Notes under the pieces: generated by a model
Databases searched by the model: none
Told to the model about the DNA's origin: nothing
The model's input: only the letters and a program-made list of their open reading frames with translations
Source: Steroidobacteraceae bacterium
GTDB lineage: Bacteria > Pseudomonadota > Gammaproteobacteria > Steroidobacterales > Steroidobacteraceae
Assembly (NCBI GenBank): GCA_025927665.1
Contig: JAICKZ010000001.1
Location: 1 to 36,961 of the forward strand
Length of the DNA stretch: 36,961 bases
Reading direction: 5' to 3'
Shown: one piece after another, positions 17,469 to 25,468 of the stretch
Layout: the number at the start of each line of letters is the position of its first letter
Position numbering within the stretch: the first letter of the stretch is position 1
Translations under genes and position numbers: made by a program

Positions 17469-18017
17469 ATGGGCAATCGCTTAAGCAAAATCTATACACG
17501 AACAGGTGATAATGGCACCACCGGATTGGGTGATGGGACACGCGTCGCCAAAGATGACATACGCATTGAAGCTTTTGGCACCGTCGATGAAGCCAACAGT
17601 ATCATCGGCATGATACTCGCCGTTAAAAATATCCCCGATGATATTCGTGCCTGCCTGATTGAAGTACAACATGAAATGTTTGATCTTGGCGGCGAACTCG
17701 CCACACCTGGTTATCGCGCCATTCAACAACAACATGTAGATCGTCTTGAACATGCATTGGATGAATTCAATGACAACTTGCCGCCATTAAAAGAATTTAT
17801 TCTTCCCGGCGGGGGCCCTGCCGCAGCGGCTTGTCATCTGGCTCGAACCGTTGTACGTCGTGCCGAACGCAATACATGGACATTGGCGAAGCGTGAATCC
17901 ATACCTGATGAAATTACAAAGTACTTGAATCGCTTATCGGATTTATTGTTTGTGATGTCACGCTTGTTAGCGCGTCACGAAGGCGGTAGCGAAGTGTTGT
18001 GGAAGCATGAGAGATGA
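17469..18017 (+). CDS. PduO-type ATP:cob(I)alamin adenosyltransferase
   Basis: MGNRLSKIYTRTGDNGTTGL N-terminus, FILPGG and LNRLSDLLF. The ATG at 17469 is preferred because the ORF-track start at 17331 would overlap cobU by 109 nt. Confidence 0.85.
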   Translation: MGNRLSKIYTRTGDNGTTGLGDGTRVAKDDIRIEAFGTVDEANSIIGMILAVKNIPDDIRACLIEVQHEMFDLGGELATPGYRAIQQQHVDRLEHALDEFNDNLPPLKEFILPGGGPAAAACHLARTVVRRAERNTWTLAKRESIPDEITKYLNRLSDLLFVMSRLLARHEGGSEVLWKHER

Positions 18018-18044
18018 ACATTGCAAAGCTCAAGGAAAATCAAC

Positions 18045-18290
18045 GTGACTGATTGGCGTCTAAGAGGACAGGAAAAATATTTGAAAGGTGTGACCCTTAG
18101 TTGGACAAAATATGAAGGTGATCACGATCACTGTTCGTTTTGTTGGCAGAAATTCGCAGTTCAAGATGGAAACTTTATTGAGGGATACACAACCAGTAAT
18201 CGATATTACTGGGTATGCGCAGGCTGCTGCGAAGACTTTAAAGACAGGTTTGATTGGAAGCTTATTTCATCTCATGAGCAAACGATTTGA
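18045..18290 (+). CDS. small conserved-hypothetical Cys/His-rich (zinc-ribbon-like) protein
   Basis: Contains DHDHCSFCWQKF...(28 aa)...WVCAGCCEDFKDRFDW, that is CxxC...CxxC. AAGGA lies 8 nt before the GTG at 18045; the ORF-track TTG at 18021 is an alternative start. Confidence 0.5.
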   Translation: MTDWRLRGQEKYLKGVTLSWTKYEGDHDHCSFCWQKFAVQDGNFIEGYTTSNRYYWVCAGCCEDFKDRFDWKLISSHEQTI

Positions 18291-18384
18291 TCCAAGCATA
18301 GCAAGGATGAACAGTATCGAACTTGAGTTTCAGAATGTTGCAATAGGTTCTATGCAACGGTACTTTAGCAACGACGTCGTTAAG

Positions 18385-19263
18385 TCATTGTACGGTAACG
18401 GATGATGGCGGCATGGGAGTCGTAGTTCCACCTCCCAAGAGATTACCGGCGATATCCGATGAAGGCGGCCATCCTGTATACGAGACGCGAACGTCACGAT
18501 AATCACGAGTCATCGAATAGTTTCCACCGATAGGCTGATAAAATTGTCCGATGCCGAAGTTGTCGATGGCACCTGCGCCATTGGCACGGTTGTACACGTT
18601 GGTCAAATGAAAAACCTCTTTGCCATCGTAAAGAATATCGACCTCGCCATCCGCCGTGTTGTCGCTATTGAACTTCACGTAGTAGCCCCACTCATGCCAA
18701 CTGTTGTCAATGACTGGTGGGACAGACGTCGTCACAATGGTAGGCTTCGCACGGGTGAGAACGGCTCCTCCAGTCAGCATTCCCTGGAAAGTCCATTCCA
18801 CCGTGGCATCGTTACTACCGCTGATCGAGTCGCCGTAGTAAAGGTTGTAAGCATCACCATAACCTGCGAGGCCGAAGGTGGTGTTGCTTTCAGTACCGCT
18901 CTTATTCTGCCCAAAAATCTTGAAGTTTTTTGGACCGTGCGCAGTGCCGCCATTCTGGCGCTCCCACACCTTCACGTAGAGCGTCTCAACATCGCGCTCT
19001 GGCAGTGTGTAGTTGATGCCATAGTCATGTTGACTGTCGTATGAAACACGCACGAAGCTCGACGTGCCGTCACTTGTCCATGTTGAATACGAAGTGCCAC
19101 TGGTATTAGCAAACCAGTTGGAATCAATGCCACTGGTCAATCCACGATATACGATCGGACCACTCGCAGTAACCGCACTCGCCTGTGGCATGGCAAATAT
19201 GCACAGCGCCATCGTCGACAACCATCGAATCAGTGCGATGTTGAAGATTTTTATGAGATTCAT
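18385..19263 (-). CDS. secreted hypothetical protein, probable concanavalin-A-like lectin/glycan-lyase fold
   Basis: Signal peptide ending AMPQASA. Beta-rich composition with motifs such as NSWHEWGYYVKFNSDNTADGEVDILYDGKEVF, reminiscent of ConA-like/polysaccharide-lyase jelly rolls. The fold assignment is tentative. Confidence 0.45.
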   Translation of the reverse strand: MNLIKIFNIALIRWLSTMALCIFAMPQASAVTASGPIVYRGLTSGIDSNWFANTSGTSYSTWTSDGTSSFVRVSYDSQHDYGINYTLPERDVETLYVKVWERQNGGTAHGPKNFKIFGQNKSGTESNTTFGLAGYGDAYNLYYGDSISGSNDATVEWTFQGMLTGGAVLTRAKPTIVTTSVPPVIDNSWHEWGYYVKFNSDNTADGEVDILYDGKEVFHLTNVYNRANGAGAIDNFGIGQFYQPIGGNYSMTRDYRDVRVSYTGWPPSSDIAGNLLGGGTTTPMPPSSVTVQ

Positions 19264-19409
19264 TTAGTGGGGCCTCCATCACTCCAACTGCAGGAGCAAA
19301 ACTTAACTGTGCTGAAAAAAAACACGTGATCGAATAACACATTTTGAGCAGTACAGATGTAAATCCATACTATGTCGCCCATTCGAACTGTAGAGTCAAA
19401 CCTAAGGTG

Positions 19410-20969
19410 TTACTGAATCGTCTTACTTACTACTGTCGACAGTGCACTTTGCGTCCCTCCGGCGGTGGCGGTTACAGCAAAATACCAAGTTCCCTGTGCC
19501 AGATTTTGTACGGTGTAGGATGTTGCCGCCGAATCAGTGATAGTGACCGACTGCGACAACGAGCTTGAGTTCGTGCCGTACCAAAGTACGTAACCCGAAA
19601 GATTCGTCAAGGTCGAGCCGTCGGTGTTCTGGGTTGGCGCGATCCATTGCACCGTCGCAGTTCCAATCACTGGAGCCGCCGCAACGATGATCGAGAAAGC
19701 CGTCAGCGCAGCGCTCGCACTACCATCACTCACGGAAATAATGATGTTTGAATTTGTTCCAACGTCCGTACTGGTCGGAGTGCCACTCAACTGTCCTGTA
19801 GTGGTGCTGAAGGTCGCCCAGCTTGGCTTATTCTGAACACTAAAGCTGAGCGTTTTGCCGCTTGGATCACTTGCCGTGGGTGTAAACGAGTAAGCTGTCC
19901 CCACTTGCGCATGGGTCGATGGAGTACCGCTGATAGTCGGCGGAATTACTGGCGGTGGTGCAGTCACTTGAATGCTAAAGGAAGGCAACGAGACACTCAC
20001 CGTGCCATCACTCACACTGATAATAATGTTCGAATAAGCACCGACGTTCGCCGTCGCAGGTGTGCCCATCAGCCGACCTGTCGTGGTGCTGAAAGTCGCC
20101 CATGAGGGTTTGTTAGTAATGGAGAACGTCAATGTATTGCCATCGGCGTCAGTGGCGGTTGGTTGAAATGAGTAGGCTGTCCCGGCTTGAATCGATGTGC
20201 TCGGCGTGCCGGTAATTTTTGGCGGATTGTTTGTCGGCGGAGCTGGTGGAATAGCTGTAACAGTTATCTGGAACGCCAGGAGTGAAGTAGTAGCTTTACC
20301 GTCGCTGACGCTAATCACGATGTTCGAGTACGTGCCGACATCCGCGTTGGCCGGAGTGCCACTCAACTGTCCGGTCGTCGTATTGAAAGATGTCCACGAC
20401 GGCTGTCCCGATATCGCGAATACCAGAGGGTCTTTATCGGCATCAGCAGCGGAGGGTTGAAACGCGTAATGCGAGCCTGCTTGCACCGATGTCGCGGGAG
20501 TGCCCATGATAGTTGGTGGCGAATTCGTTGGCGGTTTAGGTTTTGTCGGAGCCGCCGTCACTTGAATTGAAAATGGCGTGAGCTGCGCGCTGGCCTTGCC
20601 ATTCGACACACTAATGATAATCGACTGAAAGCTACCTACATCGTTATCAGACGGTGTGCCCGAAAGGCCACCCGAGTTCATATCGAATGTCGCCCATGAG
20701 GGTAAGTTCTCGACTGAGAAAGTCAATGCATCGCCGTTGGTGTCGGACACACTTGGCTGAAATGAGTACGGGCTACCAGCGACCGCCGCAGCGTCGGGTG
20801 TACCTGTGATGGAAGGAGCGGGAGCATTTTGCTGCGAGGCGCTAGTGGAAGAGCCTAGCGTACCAGAGGACACTGCACCGCCACCATTACAGCCAGCAGC
20901 CAAGATAGCCACAGCTGCACAAAAGAAATAACGTGCCAATGGCGCTACGCTGCGTTGTACATAGTTCAT
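19410..20969 (-). CDS. surface lipoprotein with four tandem Ig-like (He_PIG/cadherin-like 'putative Ig') domains and a C-terminal FN3-like domain
   Basis: Lipobox ILAAGC. Four ~97-aa repeats fit I(T/S)GTP....G..Y.F.P.A.D..G..L.F........WA.F...TG.L.GTP...DVG....I.ISVSDG. The tail ATVQWIAPTQNTDGSTLTNLSGYVLWYG...GTWYFAVTA looks FN3-like. Confidence 0.7.
   Translation of the reverse strand: MNYVQRSVAPLARYFFCAAVAILAAGCNGGGAVSSGTLGSSTSASQQNAPAPSITGTPDAAAVAGSPYSFQPSVSDTNGDALTFSVENLPSWATFDMNSGGLSGTPSDNDVGSFQSIIISVSNGKASAQLTPFSIQVTAAPTKPKPPTNSPPTIMGTPATSVQAGSHYAFQPSAADADKDPLVFAISGQPSWTSFNTTTGQLSGTPANADVGTYSNIVISVSDGKATTSLLAFQITVTAIPPAPPTNNPPKITGTPSTSIQAGTAYSFQPTATDADGNTLTFSITNKPSWATFSTTTGRLMGTPATANVGAYSNIIISVSDGTVSVSLPSFSIQVTAPPPVIPPTISGTPSTHAQVGTAYSFTPTASDPSGKTLSFSVQNKPSWATFSTTTGQLSGTPTSTDVGTNSNIIISVSDGSASAALTAFSIIVAAAPVIGTATVQWIAPTQNTDGSTLTNLSGYVLWYGTNSSSLSQSVTITDSAATSYTVQNLAQGTWYFAVTATAGGTQSALSTVVSKTIQ
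19653..20816 (-). repeat. four diverged tandem ~291-bp coding repeats (the Ig-like domains of the lipoprotein)
   Basis: The protein repeats begin at about aa 52, 149, 246 and 341. Related DNA segments are visible, for example GTGCCACTCAACTGTCC at about 19780 and 20358. Confidence 0.7.
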
Positions 20970-21296
20970 TATTCACCTAATGTCTCGAGGCCGACGCCTC
21001 AGAGCACTTTTGAAGAAACCAACTCGGGAAGACAAACATCCGATGATGACGACGTGAATTTACTAGTAGAGATGGCCCAACAACACCACTATCTGCCAGA
21101 AGTTTGATCGACTTCTCGAGACCGAAAGTTTTATCTGCACCTCACAGTTAAGTCTGCCTTATGCAATCATTAGTAACTGTTTGGTCGCATAAGAAATACT
21201 TGCTTGCTTCACGCATTGCAATCGTCGCGGGGCGACGACAATGATTTTAAGTAAAATGATTTCTCATCGCAGTGAGCCCGTTGGTCCAGCTTATAT

Positions 21297-22193
21297 CTAC
21301 ATTATTTTGCGTCGCGCCTCATCGAGCACATGACACATTTCTTCTGTTCCTTGCACTAATCTCGGCGCTGCACGATTGATTGTATCTGGTGCGATTGCAT
21401 ACACATGCTGGTCATGCACTGCGCGTAGTTGGGACCATTGTGCCCAATCATGATTGATCTCCTGAGAGGTGCCGTCGGTGGTGACAATCACTTGTGGATT
21501 CTTTTTTAAGACCGCTTCAACATCAATCACAGGTGCAAGTTGATTCAACTCCGCAAACACATTATCACCACCACATAGATCAACCACTTCGCTGATAATC
21601 TGTTGACCGTTAACCGTGTAAAGCGGTTGACGATTCACCTCAATAAATACCTGCAAACGTGCTTTATGAGAATATTGTTCTCGTAATACATGCATCTTGT
21701 TTTCAAAGTCTGTCGCAACTTGCGCAGCAGTCTCTTCGGTGCCGGCAAGCTCTCCTATTTGTTTAAGCGACTGACCCACTTCAGTGACTCGTTGTGCGTC
21801 GATGGCTTGCACTGGCAGTCCCAATGCTTTCACTTGTTCGAGCACAGATGGTGGCGTGCCGGATGGCCATACCAGAATAAGGTCGGGTTTGAGTGATAGC
21901 AAACGTTCCATGTCGACTCGCAATGCATCTCCTACATGCGGCAGCAATTTTGCGGATTCAGGATAATCCGAATAATCAACAACTCCTACGAGATATTGAC
22001 CCGCCCCTGCCGCATAAACCAACTCGGTAATATTGGGTGCCAATGAGACGATGCGATGGGCGGCAATACGATGTGCGACGATACGAGGAGCAATGACTCG
22101 CGAGCTTTGTTGTACGCCTTCTTGACGTGAAGCAGAACCACACGCATTGATAAAACCACATAGACACAACAACGCAATTTTTGACTTACTCAT
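21297..22193 (-). CDS. btuF: periplasmic vitamin B12-binding protein (BtuF-like class III SBP), lipoprotein form
   Basis: Lipobox LCLCGFINACGS, then RIVSLAPNITELVYAAGAGQYLVGVVDYSDYPESAKLLPHVGD and LKPDLILVW, which is typical of BtuF. The ATG at 22193 lies 2 nt after the ampD stop. Confidence 0.75.
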   Translation of the reverse strand: MSKSKIALLCLCGFINACGSASRQEGVQQSSRVIAPRIVAHRIAAHRIVSLAPNITELVYAAGAGQYLVGVVDYSDYPESAKLLPHVGDALRVDMERLLSLKPDLILVWPSGTPPSVLEQVKALGLPVQAIDAQRVTEVGQSLKQIGELAGTEETAAQVATDFENKMHVLREQYSHKARLQVFIEVNRQPLYTVNGQQIISEVVDLCGGDNVFAELNQLAPVIDVEAVLKKNPQVIVTTDGTSQEINHDWAQWSQLRAVHDQHVYAIAPDTINRAAPRLVQGTEEMCHVLDEARRKIM

Positions 22194-22195
22194 AA

Positions 22196-22783
22196 TCACT
22201 GCCACGCTTTGATCATGGCATGCAATCGTGACCAATCGAATGCGTCACCCGGATCAGTCTTGCGGCCTGGCGCCACATCACTATGTCCCACTACTCGCTC
22301 CGATGACAAGGTCGGATAGGCATTGCACAAGGAAATAATCAACTTTGCCAACACTTGATATTGCATGATTTCATAGGCAGCATCGTCAACACCTTCAAGC
22401 TCAATACCAATCGAAAAATCATTGCAACGTTCACGGCCCTGATAACTTGATACACCCGCATGCCATGCACGCAAATAAAACGGCACATACTGAACCACTT
22501 CGCCATCGCGACGAATAAGTACATGCGAAGAAACCTTCATCCCTTCAATCTGTTTGAAGTAAGGATGCTGATCAACAACCAATTGATTTGTGAATAATTG
22601 ATCAATCCACCCTCCTCCATATTCACCGGGCGGTAAACTGATCCCGTGAACAATAATCAAATCAGGCTGAACCCCCAGCGGCCTTGCATCAGTATTGGGA
22701 GATGAAACATGACGCGCCTCAAGTAACAGCCCGCTGTTGACATTGATGGTATAAGCATGGGTATAAAGATCGAGTACACTCAT
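22196..22783 (-). CDS. ampD: 1,6-anhydro-N-acetylmuramyl-L-alanine amidase AmpD
   Basis: Closely follows the E. coli AmpD pattern: SPNTDARP, VHGISLPPGEYGG, VSSHVLIRRDGEVVQYVPF, RAWHAGVSSYQGRERCNDFSIGIELEG, GHSDVAPGRKTDPGDAFDW. Confidence 0.9.
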   Translation of the reverse strand: MSVLDLYTHAYTINVNSGLLLEARHVSSPNTDARPLGVQPDLIIVHGISLPPGEYGGGWIDQLFTNQLVVDQHPYFKQIEGMKVSSHVLIRRDGEVVQYVPFYLRAWHAGVSSYQGRERCNDFSIGIELEGVDDAAYEIMQYQVLAKLIISLCNAYPTLSSERVVGHSDVAPGRKTDPGDAFDWSRLHAMIKAWQ

Positions 22784-22849
22784 GGCATGATGATGCCACG
22801 GCAATAAATTTTTTGGCACAATTCGGCATTCAATTTTCTGCGGTTAACT

Positions 22850-24220
22850 GTGAATATTTCAACGCAATCTGATTTGATCGCACGCGACTTGGCGCATGTG
22901 TGGCATCCGTGCACGCAAATGCGCGATCACGATCCTGCCAATCCTGCCATGCCCATGATACCGATTCGTCGTGGCAACGGGGTATGGCTGGAAGACTTCA
23001 ATGGCAAACGTTATCTCGACAGCATCAGTTCATGGTGGACGAATTTATTTGGGCATGCCAATCCGCGCATTGGTGCTGCAATAAAATCACAATTGGACCA
23101 ACTTGAACACGTGATGCTTGCTGGCTTTACGCATGAGCCCGCCATTAAATTATCCGAACAATTGACCAAGCTTGCGCCCGCTGGATTGACGCGTTGCTTT
23201 TATGCCGAGAACGGCTCTGCTGCTATTGAGATCGCAGCGAAGATGAGTTTTCATTTCTGGCAGAATGTCGATAAACGCAACAAGCGCCGTTTCATCACGC
23301 TTACCAACAGTTATCATGGTGAAACCCTGGGTGCATTGGCACTTGGTAACGTCGAACTTTACAAGCAAATTTATCAGCCATTGTTGATGGATGTAATCTC
23401 CGCTCCTTCTCCTGATTGTTTTAATCGCGAAGTGGGTGAAACTGAAGCGGCCTATTCACACCGTATGATCGAGCCCATGCGTACCTTGTTGCAACAGCAT
23501 GCAGATGAAGTCTGCGCAGTGATTGTTGAACCATTAGTGCAATGTGCCGGCAACATGCGCATGTACCATCCGATATATTTAAAATTATTGCGTCAAGCCT
23601 GTGATGAATTTGGCGTACATCTCATCGCGGACGAGATCGCCGTTGGCTTCGGTCGCACCGGAACCTTGTTTGCATGCGAACAAGCGAGCATTCGTCCAGA
23701 CTTCATGTGCCTTTCAAAAGGATTGACGGGTGGTTTTCTGCCATTATCAGCAGTACTGACAACAGAGCAGATTTACGCGGCGTTTTACGCTGAATACACC
23801 AGTCTGCGCGCTTTTCTGCATTCGCATAGTTACACTGGCAATCCACTGGCCTGCACTGCCGCATTGGCAACCTTGGATATTTTTGCAACCGAACCCGTTA
23901 TTGCGAACAACCAAATTCTCAGCGAGCATCTACGCAAACGCACGGAGTCACTCAAGGACCATTTACATGTCGTGGATGTTCGTCAACATGGCATGATCTG
24001 CGCCATTGAATTGATCAAGAACAAAGCGACAGGTGAACAATATGATTGGCATGAGCGTCGTGGCTTGCGCATTTATCAATATGGCATGCAGCATGGCGTA
24101 CTATTGCGGCCCATCGGCAACGTGGTTTACTTCATGCCACCTTATGTGATTACAATCGACGAGATTAACTTGATGGTTGACACTGCAGTACAAGGCATAA
24201 ATCACGCAACATGCGAGTAA
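22850..24220 (+). CDS. bioA: adenosylmethionine-8-amino-7-oxononanoate aminotransferase
   Basis: Class III aminotransferase with HVWHPCTQM, SSWWTNLFGH, ADEIAVGFGRTG and CLSKGLTGG (PLP lysine). GTG start. Confidence 0.88.
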   Translation: MNISTQSDLIARDLAHVWHPCTQMRDHDPANPAMPMIPIRRGNGVWLEDFNGKRYLDSISSWWTNLFGHANPRIGAAIKSQLDQLEHVMLAGFTHEPAIKLSEQLTKLAPAGLTRCFYAENGSAAIEIAAKMSFHFWQNVDKRNKRRFITLTNSYHGETLGALALGNVELYKQIYQPLLMDVISAPSPDCFNREVGETEAAYSHRMIEPMRTLLQQHADEVCAVIVEPLVQCAGNMRMYHPIYLKLLRQACDEFGVHLIADEIAVGFGRTGTLFACEQASIRPDFMCLSKGLTGGFLPLSAVLTTEQIYAAFYAEYTSLRAFLHSHSYTGNPLACTAALATLDIFATEPVIANNQILSEHLRKRTESLKDHLHVVDVRQHGMICAIELIKNKATGEQYDWHERRGLRIYQYGMQHGVLLRPIGNVVYFMPPYVITIDEINLMVDTAVQGINHATCE

Positions 24221-24945
24221 CCCGCGTTCATGTTCCGGAACCATTGGTTGAAGGCGCCGCTGTCGTGGTGCCGCCGAGTGTTGCCTATCACTTGACGCGT
24301 GTGCTGCGTATGCGATTGGGTGCACTTATCATTGTGTTTGACGGTACGGGCAACGAACACTACGCTGAAATCAGTAGCGTTAATGGCGAGCAAGTGTCAG
24401 TTAAAATTGCCGAGCCCATACGCGGCACGACTGAATCACCACTGCATATTACCTTGGTACAAGGCATTTCACGCAGCGAGCGCATGGACTGGACATTGCA
24501 AAAAGCAACTGAACTTGGTGTTCATGCCATTGTACCTGTGATCACGGCTCGCAGTGTGGTACGACTTGATGATCGTCAAGCCAATAAAAAATTGGAACAT
24601 TGGCAGGCAGTGGTCGTGGGTGCATGTGAACAAAGTGGTCGTCGCGTTATTCCTATCGTGCATACACCGCTGCGATTGCACGACTATTTGGTACAAAGCA
24701 ATTCCGATGATATGCGTCTGGTGTTGGATCCAACTGCACCCATTGCACTGACTGGTTTGCAACGTCCACCAAAAACTATTCAATTATTGATTGGTCCAGA
24801 AGGTGGTCTGGATGATGATGAACTGCAACGCGCCGTTGGCTCTGGCTTTACTGCAGTACGACTAGGTCCACGTATTTTACGCACTGAAACCGCATCCGTT
24901 GTTGCGTTGTCGGTGTTGCAAGCGTTATGGGGAGATTTGCAGTAG
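24211..24945 (+). CDS. rsmE: 16S rRNA (uracil1498-N3)-methyltransferase
   Basis: MRVTRVHV..., HHLTRVLR-type N-terminus, LLIGPEGGLDDDE and LGPRILRTETA. Overlaps the bioA stop by 10 nt. Confidence 0.88.
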   Translation: MRVTRVHVPEPLVEGAAVVVPPSVAYHLTRVLRMRLGALIIVFDGTGNEHYAEISSVNGEQVSVKIAEPIRGTTESPLHITLVQGISRSERMDWTLQKATELGVHAIVPVITARSVVRLDDRQANKKLEHWQAVVVGACEQSGRRVIPIVHTPLRLHDYLVQSNSDDMRLVLDPTAPIALTGLQRPPKTIQLLIGPEGGLDDDELQRAVGSGFTAVRLGPRILRTETASVVALSVLQALWGDLQ

Positions 24946-24996
24946 CCATTACTCTAGAACATTCTAGAATCAACCTATAAAAACATATTGCGATGG

Positions 24997-25467
24997 CTAA
25001 GTGTGTGTAATGCCGCTAATCATCTTTTCCAGTGTTTCGAAATCAGGAATCAAAGGTGATTCATTGATCATACGCACCTGGCATAGAATCGGTTGTTGGC
25101 CGAAAGACGGCTGATTGGAATCGCGCTTGACCAAATCAGGACTCAAACGCACCAACTGCGGAAAACCTTGCGTTACCATGCCGAAGTAACCACTATCGAC
25201 TTTACCGGTCAATCCAACACAAACCACGATGCGTGAACGTGCTCCAGTGGTTGGAATTTCTTTACCACATGCCGCCTCAAAAGAAATTACGGGTATGACA
25301 CGCTCACTCCATTCAATCGTTCCCAAATACCACTTAGGTGTATTGGGCACCACATCGGGTTGATGCCATGCAACCACTTCTGCAATGCAAGTACGTGGCA
25401 GAATTAATTGCATCTCCGCGAGTGGCACCATCAAGCTGTACAATTCATCACTGACTACTGCATTCAT
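24997..25467 (-). CDS. chpC: CheW-like coupling protein of the Pil-Chp system (ChpC-like)
   Basis: A 156-aa single CheW domain (LILPRTCIAEVV...WYLGTIEWSERVIPVISFE). Its ATG lies 1 nt after the chpA stop. Confidence 0.75.
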   Translation of the reverse strand: MNAVVSDELYSLMVPLAEMQLILPRTCIAEVVAWHQPDVVPNTPKWYLGTIEWSERVIPVISFEAACGKEIPTTGARSRIVVCVGLTGKVDSGYFGMVTQGFPQLVRLSPDLVKRDSNQPSFGQQPILCQVRMINESPLIPDFETLEKMISGITHT

Positions 25468-25468
25468 A

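Noticed and set aside
19624-20460. Plus-strand ORFs (19624-19836 and 20197-20460) share the peptide GVPLNCPVVVLK, which looked like a conserved small-protein pair.
   Set aside because: The shared peptide is simply the antisense reading of the tandem Ig-domain DNA repeats in the minus-strand lipoprotein gene.
22783-22798. The palindrome TGGCAT-gatg-ATGCCA overlaps the ampD start codon in the ampD/bioA divergent region. I considered it as a possible BirA-type or other operator.
   Set aside because: It has 6-bp arms only and no resemblance to the bioO operator that I can recognise. It may simply reflect the His/Met codons at the ampD N-terminus.
24953-24968. The palindrome TCTAGAA-ca-TTCTAGA lies between the convergent rsmE and chpC genes. 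I considered it as a bidirectional terminator.
   Set aside because: It has only 7 AT-rich base pairs and no U-tract, so it is too weak to call. The same applies to the 7-bp hairpin at 10773-10793 between the DJ-1 and IMPase genes.
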